Assembly (NCBI GenBank): GCA_024277795.1
Contig: JAJRUL010000180.1
Location: 1 to 48,146, forward strand
Direction: 5' to 3'
Source: Candidatus Zixiibacteriota bacterium
Lineage (GTDB): Bacteria > Zixibacteria > MSB-5A5 > GN15 > FEB-12
Length of the DNA: 48,146 bases
This document shows positions 36,649-47,270 of this stretch, in pieces (within the stretch, counting starts at the first letter, position 1; each line of letters opens with the position of its first letter). The position numbers and the translations under genes were made by a program. Under the pieces are notes generated by a model. That model had not been told where the DNA came from, did not search any database, and saw only the letters and a list, made by a program, of their open reading frames with translations.

Positions 36649-39600
36649 TTATGAACTAACTGGTTCGATAACCCTGTCAAGCTCAGTTCTTACTGCAGAA
36701 GCAATTGTTTTTCTACTGACAGGCTTTCTGACAAAAGCTCCTGCACCTAATTTCTGGGCATCGAATATTCGACCTGATTCAGAAAAACCTGAAAGGATAA
36801 TGGCTTTTTGTTGAGGATGACACTTGAGTATCCTCTTATATGTTTCTGCCCCATCTATACCACCCGGCATAACCATATCGAGGATAATCAAATCTCGTGA
36901 GTTATCACGAAGAAATTCAACCGCCTTTTCCCCACTCTCAACGGAATCGACACGATAACCTAGCTTTTTCAGGAGTTGACAACTAACTTCTCGCTGTACA
37001 TCATCATCATCTACAACTAAGATTGTTTCATTCCCCCCTACGATATCATCCGAATTGTGATCATCTACTGATTTACGTGTTATTGGGAAATAGATATAAA
37101 ATGATGTTCCTACTCCGACTTGAGTTTTCAAGTCGATATATCCATTGTGGTCCTTAATTACTGAATCAACAACACTCATCCCAAGCCCAGAACCGCGTCT
37201 CTTATCTGTCGTCTTTGAGGTAAAGAAGGGATCAAAAATTTTCTGCACTATATCATCAGGTATTCCACAACCAGTATCAGAAATTGTCAGTTTTACATAT
37301 TCACCTTTAGGGATGCGATTAAACACAACCGAAAGATCATCGACGTAATAATTCTCAGTCTTTACTTTTACAACACCAATCTCTTGCATCGCATCTTTGG
37401 CATTATGAAGCAGGTTGCAGATCATTCTATGCAACTGTGCTCCACCACCCACAATATCCATCAGATCTTCACTGAGTTCCGTTTCACAAACAAGAGTTTT
37501 TGAGTACGGTTCGAGTTCAACCAAGGCATGCTGAATTATCGTATTGAGATTCAGCACTTCCTGATTGTAATGCCCTCTCCGTCCCATAGCCAAAAGGTCT
37601 TGATTTATATCCGCAATCTTCTCCGCCGCCTTTTCTATTTGATCTAAGTATTTAAGACTGGAATGATTTCTCGGAAGCTCTTCTCGAATAAATTCAGGAT
37701 ATGCCATTAAAGGTGCTAACAAGTTGTTGAAGTCATGAGCTACCTGCCCAGCAATCGTCCCTGCCATTTCAAGACGTTCCGCCCGTGATTCCAGTTCAAG
37801 TAAGCGTTTCGTTTCTGTAATATCTCGTGTCGATTCTATCACTTGAAGGACATCGCCGTTCTCATCAAAAATCGGCGCTACAGTAACTTCAACTATAGTT
37901 TCATTACCTTCAAAATCATAATGTTTATGTTCAACCTGTACAGGGGTTTTCTTCTCAAATACTTCCTTCAACGGACAAGGATCATTTTGACTATCACATG
38001 GTGTTTCACTAACATGAGATAATTGATGACATTTGAGGCCAATTTTCACCGGATCTTTACCTCCGGCATTATCACGAACAGTACGATTGGCCAAGGCAAT
38101 AGAGTAGTCTCTATTGATCACCATCAAACTCTCAGGAAAACCGTCAATTACTGTTTGCAGGAATTGACGTGAACGCTCTTGCTCCCATTCAGATTGTTTA
38201 CGTTCAGTTATATCCATTACCAAAGAAGCAACACCAACGACTTCTCCATTCACATCGATCAGTGGAGTATTGTACCACTCACACCATATCCTCTTGCCAG
38301 TTCCCGTGATATTTTCATTTGTAGAGCGTGTTCCACCAGACTTACTCAGCAAAGATTGCCACACTTCATCAACTTGTTCTTTCGCAACATCAGGTATTAT
38401 AAAAGAAGCATGTCGCCCTATAGCTTCTTTCTTACTAAAATGGAAGATATCTTCAGCCGCTTTATTCCATGCTGTTACTTCGAAATCAAGATTCCACTCA
38501 ATTACTCCTAAAGGTGTCTGTTCAACGTGTAATTGTAATTTCTGAGTGGAAACACGCAAAAGTTCTTCGGCACGTTTTCGTTCAGTAATATCCATTATGA
38601 TTGAATGGAGTAATGGTTTCCCCTTAACAATTATCACTCCGCAAGCGATATCAACATCTCTAATGCTACCATCAGCAAGCCTGTGCTTACACTCAAAACT
38701 ATGGTAGTTATCTGTTGTAACAAGTGACATAAGATCACGAACTGCTATTTCATCAAGAACATTCAAATCCCAGATTCTTAGATTAGTCAATTCTTCAGTA
38801 GTATATCCGTAAAACAGTGATGCTGAGTTGTTTGCTTTTATAATTTTACCTGTTTCGGGATCAATTATCAATTTTACCGCAGGGTTGTTTTCAAAAATAT
38901 CTCTAAAGACCTTTTCATTTTCCTTCAGCAGTTCCTCTGCTCGCACATGCTCAGTCATATCAAGGATATAACCTAAATAGTGAGTAATAACTCCGTTCTC
39001 ATCACGTACAATAGTTGTGTAATCGGCAATCCAAATGGTCTTTCCATCTTTTCTTATAATTCTGTACGGTTTGTGTTCAAACCTTTCCGCACCGTTTTCA
39101 CTATTTTCGACGATCTCTTGGCCAACTCTTTCAATATCCTCTGGGGGAATAAGAGTTGCATACCCAATTTTACCCGATAAGAATTCTTCAGCAGTATACC
39201 CAAATATTTTTTCTACATTAGGTGTAACATACTCGACTGGCCAACCTTCTTCACATTTCCACTTAAAAACAACGACATCACCATCAACAAAAAGATTGCG
39301 TTCTTGTTGGAGCAGTTTATTGCTTTTCTCTAGGGCGAGATTTATCTGTACTTGTTCAGTAATGTCGAGAACATATCCCATGTAATGAGTGATTTTTCCT
39401 GAATCATCACGTATTATAGTAGTATAATCAGCGAGCCAGATTTCTTGCCCGTCTTTCCTGATTGCCCGATAAGGTTTATGTTCGAACCTATCAATACCTT
39501 TGTCGCCACAATCGTTAGCTTCAAAGCGTATTCGTTCTCTGTCATCATCAGAAACTACAGTTGAATAGACAACTTTACCCGATACAAATTCTTCAGCAGT

Positions 39601-40620
39601 ATACCCGACAACTTCCTCAACATTGGGGGTGACATATTCTACCGGCCAACTCTCCTCACAAAGCCACTTAAAGACAACAACAGGACCGCTAATAAACAAA
39701 CTTCTTTCCTGCTCCAGTAGTGACTTGCTCTCACGTAAATCATATTCGATCTGAACACGTTCAGTAATATCCTGTAGCGTTCCTGAAAGCTTGACAAGAG
39801 TACCAGACTGGTATGACGCTTTAGCCCTAGCAACAAGATGTCGAACAGATCCATTCGGTTTTTTTATTCTAAAGTCAATTTTTCTAAACGCCTTACCCTG
39901 CTCAAGTTCTTTCATTGCCTTATCAAAAAGGTACACATCTTCAGGAAGAATTATCTCACGAACAGCTTTAAGGTCAGGTTTATCAATATTTCGCAATCCA
40001 TAGAGTTCGTACATTTGATCAGACCAAATGATTTCACCAGTTTCCAGATTCCGAGACCAGCTTCCAAGATGTGCGATTTTTTGAGCATCTTCTAAACGAG
40101 CCTCTTTCTCTTTTAATGCTTCCTCGATCTCTTTCCGTTTAGTTATATCACGAGCATTGACCACAAAACCGCAAATCTGACTGTCAGTATCATAAAATGG
40201 ATTAAAAACAACATCCATAAAACACCTGCCACCAACAGGAAAATCGACCCAGCTCTGGAAACGAACATTATGTCCTTGTAAACATTTTCTTGCTTTTGGC
40301 AAAACCTGCGCTTCAAAAAAAGCTTTCCCAATAATATCTGAGATAGTGCATCCGAGCAGGTCGGATGGTTTCTTGTTAAAAGCGGAGGCATATTTCTTAT
40401 TGACGAGTAAGTACCTGAAGTCTGTATCTATGAGAGCCAACAGATCACTTGAATTTGAGACTAAGGTTTCATAGTGAACAAGTTCACCTGACAATATCTG
40501 TATCTTAGAAGTTTTTGGACCTGCTTTAATATCGACCTTAGCTTGTAGCTTTTTGATTTGCCGACGGCATTCTTCAAGCTCTTGCAGGAGTTGCTGTTTA
40601 GTCTTCCTACTATCTGTCAC
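36649..40620 (-). CDS. multi-PAS hybrid sensor histidine kinase (PAS x about 7, HisKA, HATPase, receiver)
   Basis: Repeated PAS/PAC modules, each ending ...DITERK. H-box AGQVAHDFNNLL. N/G boxes (NLLHNAKDA, DTGCGIP, GSGLGMS). C-terminal REC domain (ILVVDDDD...ILDMVMPGGIDG...KP). Confidence 0.9.
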   Translation of the reverse strand: MTDSRKTKQQLLQELEECRRQIKKLQAKVDIKAGPKTSKIQILSGELVHYETLVSNSSDLLALIDTDFRYLLVNKKYASAFNKKPSDLLGCTISDIIGKAFFEAQVLPKARKCLQGHNVRFQSWVDFPVGGRCFMDVVFNPFYDTDSQICGFVVNARDITKRKEIEEALKEKEARLEDAQKIAHLGSWSRNLETGEIIWSDQMYELYGLRNIDKPDLKAVREIILPEDVYLFDKAMKELEQGKAFRKIDFRIKKPNGSVRHLVARAKASYQSGTLVKLSGTLQDITERVQIEYDLRESKSLLEQERSLFISGPVVVFKWLCEESWPVEYVTPNVEEVVGYTAEEFVSGKVVYSTVVSDDDRERIRFEANDCGDKGIDRFEHKPYRAIRKDGQEIWLADYTTIIRDDSGKITHYMGYVLDITEQVQINLALEKSNKLLQQERNLFVDGDVVVFKWKCEEGWPVEYVTPNVEKIFGYTAEEFLSGKIGYATLIPPEDIERVGQEIVENSENGAERFEHKPYRIIRKDGKTIWIADYTTIVRDENGVITHYLGYILDMTEHVRAEELLKENEKVFRDIFENNPAVKLIIDPETGKIIKANNSASLFYGYTTEELTNLRIWDLNVLDEIAVRDLMSLVTTDNYHSFECKHRLADGSIRDVDIACGVIIVKGKPLLHSIIMDITERKRAEELLRVSTQKLQLHVEQTPLGVIEWNLDFEVTAWNKAAEDIFHFSKKEAIGRHASFIIPDVAKEQVDEVWQSLLSKSGGTRSTNENITGTGKRIWCEWYNTPLIDVNGEVVGVASLVMDITERKQSEWEQERSRQFLQTVIDGFPESLMVINRDYSIALANRTVRDNAGGKDPVKIGLKCHQLSHVSETPCDSQNDPCPLKEVFEKKTPVQVEHKHYDFEGNETIVEVTVAPIFDENGDVLQVIESTRDITETKRLLELESRAERLEMAGTIAGQVAHDFNNLLAPLMAYPEFIREELPRNHSSLKYLDQIEKAAEKIADINQDLLAMGRRGHYNQEVLNLNTIIQHALVELEPYSKTLVCETELSEDLMDIVGGGAQLHRMICNLLHNAKDAMQEIGVVKVKTENYYVDDLSVVFNRIPKGEYVKLTISDTGCGIPDDIVQKIFDPFFTSKTTDKRRGSGLGMSVVDSVIKDHNGYIDLKTQVGVGTSFYIYFPITRKSVDDHNSDDIVGGNETILVVDDDDVQREVSCQLLKKLGYRVDSVESGEKAVEFLRDNSRDLIILDMVMPGGIDGAETYKRILKCHPQQKAIILSGFSESGRIFDAQKLGAGAFVRKPVSRKTIASAVRTELDRVIEPVSS
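38950..39708 (-). repeat. tandem duplication of a PAS module of about 120 aa inside the kinase
   Basis: ERSLFISGPVVVFKWLCEESWPVEYVTPNVEEVVGYTAEEF... aligns with ERNLFVDGDVVVFKWKCEEGWPVEYVTPNVEKIFGYTAEEF..., and the two copies stay clearly alignable along their full length. Confidence 0.75.
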
Positions 40621-40832
40621 GTATCTAATCCGAGGCTTTACAATTAATGACTCTCAATATGCATACTCATTCTTATCGACACAATCAATTAGATTATAAG
40701 AATCGATTATCAATTTTGTCCATTAACAAAAGGATAAACACATCCATTAACAGCAGAAATGTATGCAGTATAACTTTACAGGCTTATGATATAACAGGAT
40801 TATGTTTGTTGGCAGTCTTTACACAAAAGTTA

Positions 40833-42581
40833 CTAACGGCTTGTACGGCGTTTCTTTCTTCCGCCCTGCCCTGATGACTTTTTCTTCGTCGGACGTTTTT
40901 TCTTGAACTCAGTCCAAAATGCATTTTCGATATTCGCTTCGACTTCTTTCAAATCCAACTGCATTGCACTTAATGGTTGAGAGGTAGAGTGCTTTAAGAC
41001 TGTACCATTTGCGTCTTTTCGTTTTGTGAACGGTCGCTTGTATGATTGGCGATTTGAGTCCGCTTGTCTTGTGAGTGTGCGTTTATGATCAGGGCGGTTT
41101 GAATCAGAACGTTTTGTGTATGGTTTCTTTTCCCCTACACAACTCGAGCTTTTTCTTCTGGTGTCAGTAGTATCTGTTGATCTATGCTTTGCTATAAACT
41201 TCTTTGAAGTTCTTTTTTTGAAATCTGAGCTTTTTGAAGGACGCTCTTTTGAAAAACCTTGTCGCATTGGTCTTGTAACTCGGGTAGCCTCTTTTTTTCT
41301 GTTCAACTCTTCAGCTTCTTCCAAGAGTTGCTTTTCAGAAGGTAAAGTCGGCAGTTTCGTAATTGCCACTTTTGTTTTCATAAACCGTTCAAGAGATCGG
41401 ATAATACTTTTTTGGGATCTATTGGCAAATGATATTGCATGTCCTGTTTTTCCTGCTCGTCCCGTTCGCCCGATACGATGGACATAATCTTCAGGATTAG
41501 CAGGCATATCATAGTTTACCACCAGTTGAATCCCTGAGACATCGATTCCCCGTGCCGCTATATCTGTCGCTATAAGAATCTGATAACGTCCACGCTTAAA
41601 GCCTTCTAGTGCCTTTTGTCTTTGTCCTAAGGTGCGATTAGAGTGAATCTCTGTTGCATTGAACCCTAGTTTATTCACTCGCATTGTCAGCTTTTTGGCC
41701 ATATGCTTTGTTCGTGTGAAAACCAAAATCGGACCAGAACATTCTTTTATCCGCAGAGCAAGGAGTCGACCTTTATCATTGTTCTGTAAGAAAAAGATTT
41801 CTTGACTCACTTCAGCAGGTGTTGCCCCTGATCGGTCAATTTCTATTCGAATCGGATCAATCATCATCTTCTCAGCCATCGCCTCAATCTCTTTCGGCAT
41901 TGTAGCAGAGAATAACATCGTCTGACGATTAGCGGGAACTGTTTTAAGTATCTTCTTTATGTCAGGGATAAAACCCATATCAAGCATTCGATCTGCTTCA
42001 TCGAGTACAAAGACATCAACATTAGAAAGATCAACAGTTCTTCGCTCGACATGATCCAACAATCGACCGGGAGTTGCAATTATGATACGTGGATTCTTCT
42101 TGAGTGCATTCCTTTGTAGGGACATAGATGCTCCCCCAATAAGAACAACTGAGCGAAGATGTATAGAAGAGCCGAGCGTGTGAAGAGCTTCGTCTACCTG
42201 CACCGCTAATTCGCGCGTTGGAACTAAAACAAGCCCCGACGATCTTTTGAGTTTCGACAAACGCTGGAGCATCGGGATTACAAAGGCAACAGTCTTGCCC
42301 GATCCCGTCTGGGCGAGAGCAATTATATCTTTCCCTTTAAGTCCGAATGGGATCGATTCCTTTTGTATCGGTGTTGGAACTTTGTATTTCAGTCGATCAA
42401 TTGCTTTGAGTAATTTCGGTGATATACCTAGGTCATCAAATCCGTTTTCAGAATATTGTATCAAATTGTCTTTTTGTTTGCTCACACCTTCTATGGCAGA
42501 GTCATCTAATAGCTGGTTCAAATTCAAGTAGTCATCTCTCGGGTATAAAGTTACGTGGGGGTAATAAGCCGTTTCAATCAA
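40833..42581 (-). CDS. DEAD-box ATP-dependent RNA helicase with a basic C-terminal extension
   Basis: Q motif region (GFDDLGISPKLLKAI...PTPIQ), AQTGSGKT, DEAD, SAT, HRIGRTGRAG. The tail of about 170 aa is K/R/S/T-rich. The start is uncertain: the annotated codon is TTG and there is no in-frame ATG before the Q motif. Confidence 0.9.
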   Translation of the reverse strand: MIETAYYPHVTLYPRDDYLNLNQLLDDSAIEGVSKQKDNLIQYSENGFDDLGISPKLLKAIDRLKYKVPTPIQKESIPFGLKGKDIIALAQTGSGKTVAFVIPMLQRLSKLKRSSGLVLVPTRELAVQVDEALHTLGSSIHLRSVVLIGGASMSLQRNALKKNPRIIIATPGRLLDHVERRTVDLSNVDVFVLDEADRMLDMGFIPDIKKILKTVPANRQTMLFSATMPKEIEAMAEKMMIDPIRIEIDRSGATPAEVSQEIFFLQNNDKGRLLALRIKECSGPILVFTRTKHMAKKLTMRVNKLGFNATEIHSNRTLGQRQKALEGFKRGRYQILIATDIAARGIDVSGIQLVVNYDMPANPEDYVHRIGRTGRAGKTGHAISFANRSQKSIIRSLERFMKTKVAITKLPTLPSEKQLLEEAEELNRKKEATRVTRPMRQGFSKERPSKSSDFKKRTSKKFIAKHRSTDTTDTRRKSSSCVGEKKPYTKRSDSNRPDHKRTLTRQADSNRQSYKRPFTKRKDANGTVLKHSTSQPLSAMQLDLKEVEANIENAFWTEFKKKRPTKKKSSGQGGRKKRRTSR

Positions 42582-42594
42582 TAAACGGCTTATT
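42563..42594 (-). promoter_or_regulatory. 12-bp perfect hairpin spanning the putative helicase start codon
   Basis: aataagccgttt / aaacggcttatt with an 8-nt loop. The TTG start (42579-42581) lies in the loop. Confidence 0.4.
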
Positions 42595-42723
42595 ATAGTA
42601 AAGTCAAGGTAATAAACGAATATCCTGAATCATTCTCGCTAAGCGAGAGTAAGCATAAACATTAACTATTGCAATACAAACGGTTAGACCAAGAATACAG
42701 CTATTCTCCTGTATGCTCGCAGT

Positions 42724-43464
42724 TTACTTACATGATCCATTATAGCAATGAAGCCTTCCATCAAAATAATAGCACTGTTGATCATCAGTTGATTGCTGAT
42801 ATTGTACTGTAGATGTCGATCCGTTACTGTATTTGATTGTAATTGTCCCTTGTTGTACAGTCCCTTCAATTGACCATGTTCCGTCACTCCCGCTTGATGA
42901 CGCATTCCCCCAAGCTGATGTCTCATCACTACCGTAATACCCTGACTCATAATTTTCGTAATAGTTTCCATTTTCACAAAGTGCCATCTGACTTTCAGAT
43001 CCGCCACCTGTTACCGAACTCGAAAAACTATACCATTTTCCTGCAAATCTTTTGGCCAACTCAGGGTCACCCCCCGGTTTTCCATTTCCTGCAACCTCTT
43101 TCATTGCTGCTGCGGCATAATTCATTGACCCTGACTCTGAACTGAGATCAATGTCAATTCTTTGATTCTCATTAGTAATTACGACTTCCATCTCTTTCCC
43201 CGATACTTTGATTTTGTAATATCCCGGATGAAGAGCCGAGAATGAGTACTTACCGAGGAAATTACTATTCTTGCTTGCAATGGGTCGACCTGAATCGCCA
43301 TCAATGAGCATAACCATCACATTTGGTGCAGGTTCAGTAGCAGTATTACCTACATATCCCCAGATAGTAAACCCTGTCTCTAAACTTCCCTGACTAGGGG
43401 GCATACATCCTGAAAAGATAACTAGCGCTATGAATAACAGCAGTAAACTTGTTGTCTTGGACAT
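42724..43464 (-). CDS. lipoprotein with a CarboxypepD_reg-like beta-sandwich domain
   Basis: Lipobox signal MSKTTSLLLLFIALVIFSGC. NVMVMLIDGDSGRPIASKNSNFLGKYSFSALHPGYYKIKV resembles carboxypeptidase-regulatory-like domains. Cys-rich C-terminal end. Confidence 0.7.
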   Translation of the reverse strand: MSKTTSLLLLFIALVIFSGCMPPSQGSLETGFTIWGYVGNTATEPAPNVMVMLIDGDSGRPIASKNSNFLGKYSFSALHPGYYKIKVSGKEMEVVITNENQRIDIDLSSESGSMNYAAAAMKEVAGNGKPGGDPELAKRFAGKWYSFSSSVTGGGSESQMALCENGNYYENYESGYYGSDETSAWGNASSSGSDGTWSIEGTVQQGTITIKYSNGSTSTVQYQQSTDDQQCYYFDGRLHCYNGSCK

Positions 43465-43475
43465 TTCATTCTCCT

Positions 43476-46400
43476 CTATTTCATCAAGATCATTTTCCGG
43501 GACTCTGAATATTCACCTGCTGTAAGCTTATAGAAATAAAGCCCACTGGCTGACTCACTACCGTCCCAGGTGATCGTATGCAATCCGACGGGATAAACGC
43601 CATCAACCAAAGTTACTACTCTCTGACCCAATAGATTGTATATCTCAAGCCGTACTGATGTTCTATGAGGCAATCTAAATGAGATCTCTGTCGTTGGATT
43701 AAAAGGGTTAGGGTAGTTTTGACTCAATTCAAACTGGTTAGGCAGATTTGCTAAAGCATCGTTTCCTGCAATGTCTGTGACAATATCACTTGAGAACAGG
43801 GCATAAACACCAGATCCGTAAATCAGAGCTGTTACCTGATTGGCTACACTATCAATATCACTAGCGAGTTCGCCCCACGAACGTCCTGTTTCATCCCAAC
43901 GATAGAAGGCCAATGACATCTCATTTACTAAGAATCCTGAGCCGGGATTCAGGTCATGGTCAGTATATCTGATTGACATCCTGTGAGAACCTGCGGTATC
44001 CCCTGACAGCGACACACTAAACGCTCTGCTAACTGCGACTGAATTAGCGTTAAGACCATTTCGTAATACCGGATATGGTGAACTAACCATGAAGGCAGAA
44101 ACTGCAGACGAAATAGTATCAAGCTCTATCTTAAAGTCTCCACTAGGTCCACTCAAGTCGCGCGATGAATTACTGCCTGTTGTCTGCATCGAATAATCAA
44201 GGTTGAAGAAGAAGGGAGAACCAGAGACATCAACAGCAAGAACTTTCATACGTCCGATTGAGGGCAAGCTGTCTGATATTTCAAGAGAATAGTCAAACCC
44301 CGTGTTGGCAAACAAGTGGCTACTACCATTTGGCAGGTTTACCGAAGGCAGTACATTGAAAGGCGATTCGAACATAAGTGAAAGGCTGACTGTATTGCTA
44401 TCTGATAGAGATGATCCGACTACCAACGGGAAACTCCCTTCGATAGGAGTAAGAGTCATAGAAACGGTATCGGTCGGTCCGTTCACTATCACTTCACCGA
44501 TCATCCAATTAAACGATGAAGAAGCTGCCAAAGCCGGTGAAGGAGAACCGATCATAGTATACTGCGAAGAAGCTTGTATCATAGCTCCTGATTCAGCACC
44601 CAAAACATAAATCCCTCCACCCTGTGTCCCACCGGGCAAAACATCAGAACTCTGTCCTTGATACATATCCACCCAACCACCACCAAAACTCGGATTGCGT
44701 AGCGTAACATCAATACCCGATAGGCGATTCAATTGAAAATCATGGGTGACTACTTCTATCGTAAAACCACCGGAATTTGTATGAACTTGCGGAAACTGTA
44801 CCAGTGATCCAACATCGTAGTTCAAGTCGCCCAAGTCATCATTGGGACCGGGGATATAATTATAGCCTGATGGTGTCACATTCTCGCTGACATCCATCGC
44901 GTCGGGACGGCGCACAGGGACAAAGATATTATCTGTTCCATACTGTTTCTCGAAGTCGATCTCAAACATATCCCAGCATGAGACCCCATACAAATTATAT
45001 TGCTTCGTGTTTCTACAATCGGCAAAAGTGTACATAGTGTTGTTGGACATCTCAGAAGCATAAACACCGGCGTTGTCAAAGGGATCTTCCATAAAGCCAT
45101 AGTTTGGGACAGAAAGACAATGATCGTTGCCATCAGTGAACTCATATTCTTCGCTAAACCCTAATAGGTAGTGCCCTAGCTCGTGAGCCAACTGCCGATA
45201 GTTATCCGGGTCATTGTAGTCAAGGGGTTGCGGTTCATCGTATGATCCATTGCGGGAATCATCGAGCGAACCGAACCACTTACGAGACATATTGAGCACA
45301 TCACTCGTCGAACTCTGGTTAACACCGTATATTGCTGAAAATGGATGGAGCACATTACTTGCCCATATCCTCATATCAGCATCCAGCCAATGATCCTGAT
45401 CGTCATAGATCATAACCGTATCCAGACGCACCTGTCCATCGGTAACATCATATAGATAGTTGGAAAGATTACTGAAAGATCGTTCGATAGAGTTAAGATA
45501 TTCGACGGTGGCATCCCACTCCACCGATACGACTAGATTGAACCTGAACTCAGGGTGATCTAAGATTATTTCCTGATTATTACCTGTTATTTCAGTGTAG
45601 CTCAGAACACTAGCCTCATCGAATTGACCATTGTCGAGATGAACAGAATACATTGAAAGCGGAAGATTTGTATGCTTCACAGCCGGTTCACTAAAAACAG
45701 ACTTAGCAATCTTGATTCTGTCCCCGGTATTCACCGTTACAGTTCCTGTAGTTATTTGTATTTCAAATTCATCGGTAACCTGGGTAGGGGTAAGTACGAT
45801 TTTACCGTTAGCATCTGTTGTCACAATACCGAGTGTATCGGGAGTAAACAGAGGTGCATCATCGGCAACACGTATCAAGTAGAAATCTTTGTCAGCAAGC
45901 TCATCTTGATTTGCATCGAGAATGGTCAAGGTCGGCAACGGTGACAATTTTGTTATCTTTAACCTGCTTGCAACAAAGATATTTCCGAGCGTGTCGGTAT
46001 AGAGATCACCAATCATACTTATACCAGAAGATGAACTGAGGACACTTCCATCGATATAACTTATCTGTAGCAAGGAATCATCAAGAGTCTTAGCCAGTAT
46101 ATTGCCATCCCTATCAAATCCCATAATGTTATGGTCAAAAACAAGACTCCAGCGGATTGAGCCGTCTTGTTCTAAGCATGTAAGCGTTTTCGGCAGTGCT
46201 CCGTTGATCGGAGCCAGAAGATTGACTACGCTGGAGTCGACAGGATTCTCGTAAATGATAGAACTATTTTGATCAGAGGGATAGTTATATGTCCACTCCA
46301 GATTGTCCAATCGGTTGTGTTTTGTAAAGCCGGTGGAAGAATATTTATAAACAAAACCAGAGAGTCCAAGGACAAAACTTTCACCTGGATTTCTTTCTCT

Positions 46401-47171
46401 TTTCCAAATCACCCCGGATGAGGCACTACACCTAAGTATGTATCTCTTGTATATGGGGGGGGAGTATGGAGTTTTGTTTGTATATGTTACAAGGAATTCA
46501 TTGTTCACATCAGGTCCAACAATATCACCACAAAAACCATCTAATATCCATTCAGCACCTTGATCGACTGTGATCCTGGATATTAGACCGACATCATTCA
46601 TAAATGTGAGTTGAAGGTGTCCAAAGCCACATGTGTTATTGTCACCACAAGGAAGCCATTCCGGGGTAATGCCGGTCATGAGAACATTATCTGCAAAGTC
46701 AACTCCCGCTCTACAATTGTATGAGGCAAAATAAGCAAAAAGTGGCTCCAATACCGAAGGATTGGCAATAAGCGTTCCTGAAGGCGAATATTTTAAGTAT
46801 GAAGTGAGGTGGTCATAACCTCCCCCCGGGGCGAAAGGTATTGAATCGACAGTTATGATAATGTTCCCGCTCTGATCCATAATCAATCGACCATTACCGA
46901 CATTCCTGTCAATTAAATCAATCTGCCAACCTAGCGTTCCGTCGGAGTTTATCTTGTTGAGAACATAAGCCACACTGCCAGAATGAACGAAATAGGAGTT
47001 CCCACTCTTATCAACTATAGGCACATGATTTGTGTTGATCGGCAGGTTGTACTCCCATTCCACATAGAATTGAGCTGTAGCAGTTTGTGAAAACAACAGA
47101 ACTACTATAGTTGTATCAAGAAAAAGGTCGGTTATTTTATTTTTCATACTAACTTCATTCTCCTGAGCCAT
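43476..47171 (-). CDS. large secreted zinc-metalloprotease-like protein with a T9SS C-terminal sorting domain
   Basis: HExxH motif AHELGHYLLGFSEEY (HELGH encoded at 45171-45185). The C-terminus LSQNYPNPFNPTTEISFRLP...GLYFYKLTAGEYSESRKMILMK matches the Por/T9SS CTD. A likely signal peptide starts at the alternative Met at 47147 (MKNKITDLFLDTTIVVLLFSQTATAQ). Confidence 0.8.
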   Translation of the reverse strand: MAQENEVSMKNKITDLFLDTTIVVLLFSQTATAQFYVEWEYNLPINTNHVPIVDKSGNSYFVHSGSVAYVLNKINSDGTLGWQIDLIDRNVGNGRLIMDQSGNIIITVDSIPFAPGGGYDHLTSYLKYSPSGTLIANPSVLEPLFAYFASYNCRAGVDFADNVLMTGITPEWLPCGDNNTCGFGHLQLTFMNDVGLISRITVDQGAEWILDGFCGDIVGPDVNNEFLVTYTNKTPYSPPIYKRYILRCSASSGVIWKRERNPGESFVLGLSGFVYKYSSTGFTKHNRLDNLEWTYNYPSDQNSSIIYENPVDSSVVNLLAPINGALPKTLTCLEQDGSIRWSLVFDHNIMGFDRDGNILAKTLDDSLLQISYIDGSVLSSSSGISMIGDLYTDTLGNIFVASRLKITKLSPLPTLTILDANQDELADKDFYLIRVADDAPLFTPDTLGIVTTDANGKIVLTPTQVTDEFEIQITTGTVTVNTGDRIKIAKSVFSEPAVKHTNLPLSMYSVHLDNGQFDEASVLSYTEITGNNQEIILDHPEFRFNLVVSVEWDATVEYLNSIERSFSNLSNYLYDVTDGQVRLDTVMIYDDQDHWLDADMRIWASNVLHPFSAIYGVNQSSTSDVLNMSRKWFGSLDDSRNGSYDEPQPLDYNDPDNYRQLAHELGHYLLGFSEEYEFTDGNDHCLSVPNYGFMEDPFDNAGVYASEMSNNTMYTFADCRNTKQYNLYGVSCWDMFEIDFEKQYGTDNIFVPVRRPDAMDVSENVTPSGYNYIPGPNDDLGDLNYDVGSLVQFPQVHTNSGGFTIEVVTHDFQLNRLSGIDVTLRNPSFGGGWVDMYQGQSSDVLPGGTQGGGIYVLGAESGAMIQASSQYTMIGSPSPALAASSSFNWMIGEVIVNGPTDTVSMTLTPIEGSFPLVVGSSLSDSNTVSLSLMFESPFNVLPSVNLPNGSSHLFANTGFDYSLEISDSLPSIGRMKVLAVDVSGSPFFFNLDYSMQTTGSNSSRDLSGPSGDFKIELDTISSAVSAFMVSSPYPVLRNGLNANSVAVSRAFSVSLSGDTAGSHRMSIRYTDHDLNPGSGFLVNEMSLAFYRWDETGRSWGELASDIDSVANQVTALIYGSGVYALFSSDIVTDIAGNDALANLPNQFELSQNYPNPFNPTTEISFRLPHRTSVRLEIYNLLGQRVVTLVDGVYPVGLHTITWDGSESASGLYFYKLTAGEYSESRKMILMK

Positions 47172-47270
47172 TTCAACCGGTAGTTGTCAGAGTATATCTG
47201 ACGAGATAGCCGATCTGCTAAACTTTCTGATATTTCTATTTCTCATTCCTACTTCTAATAACTCTATCGC

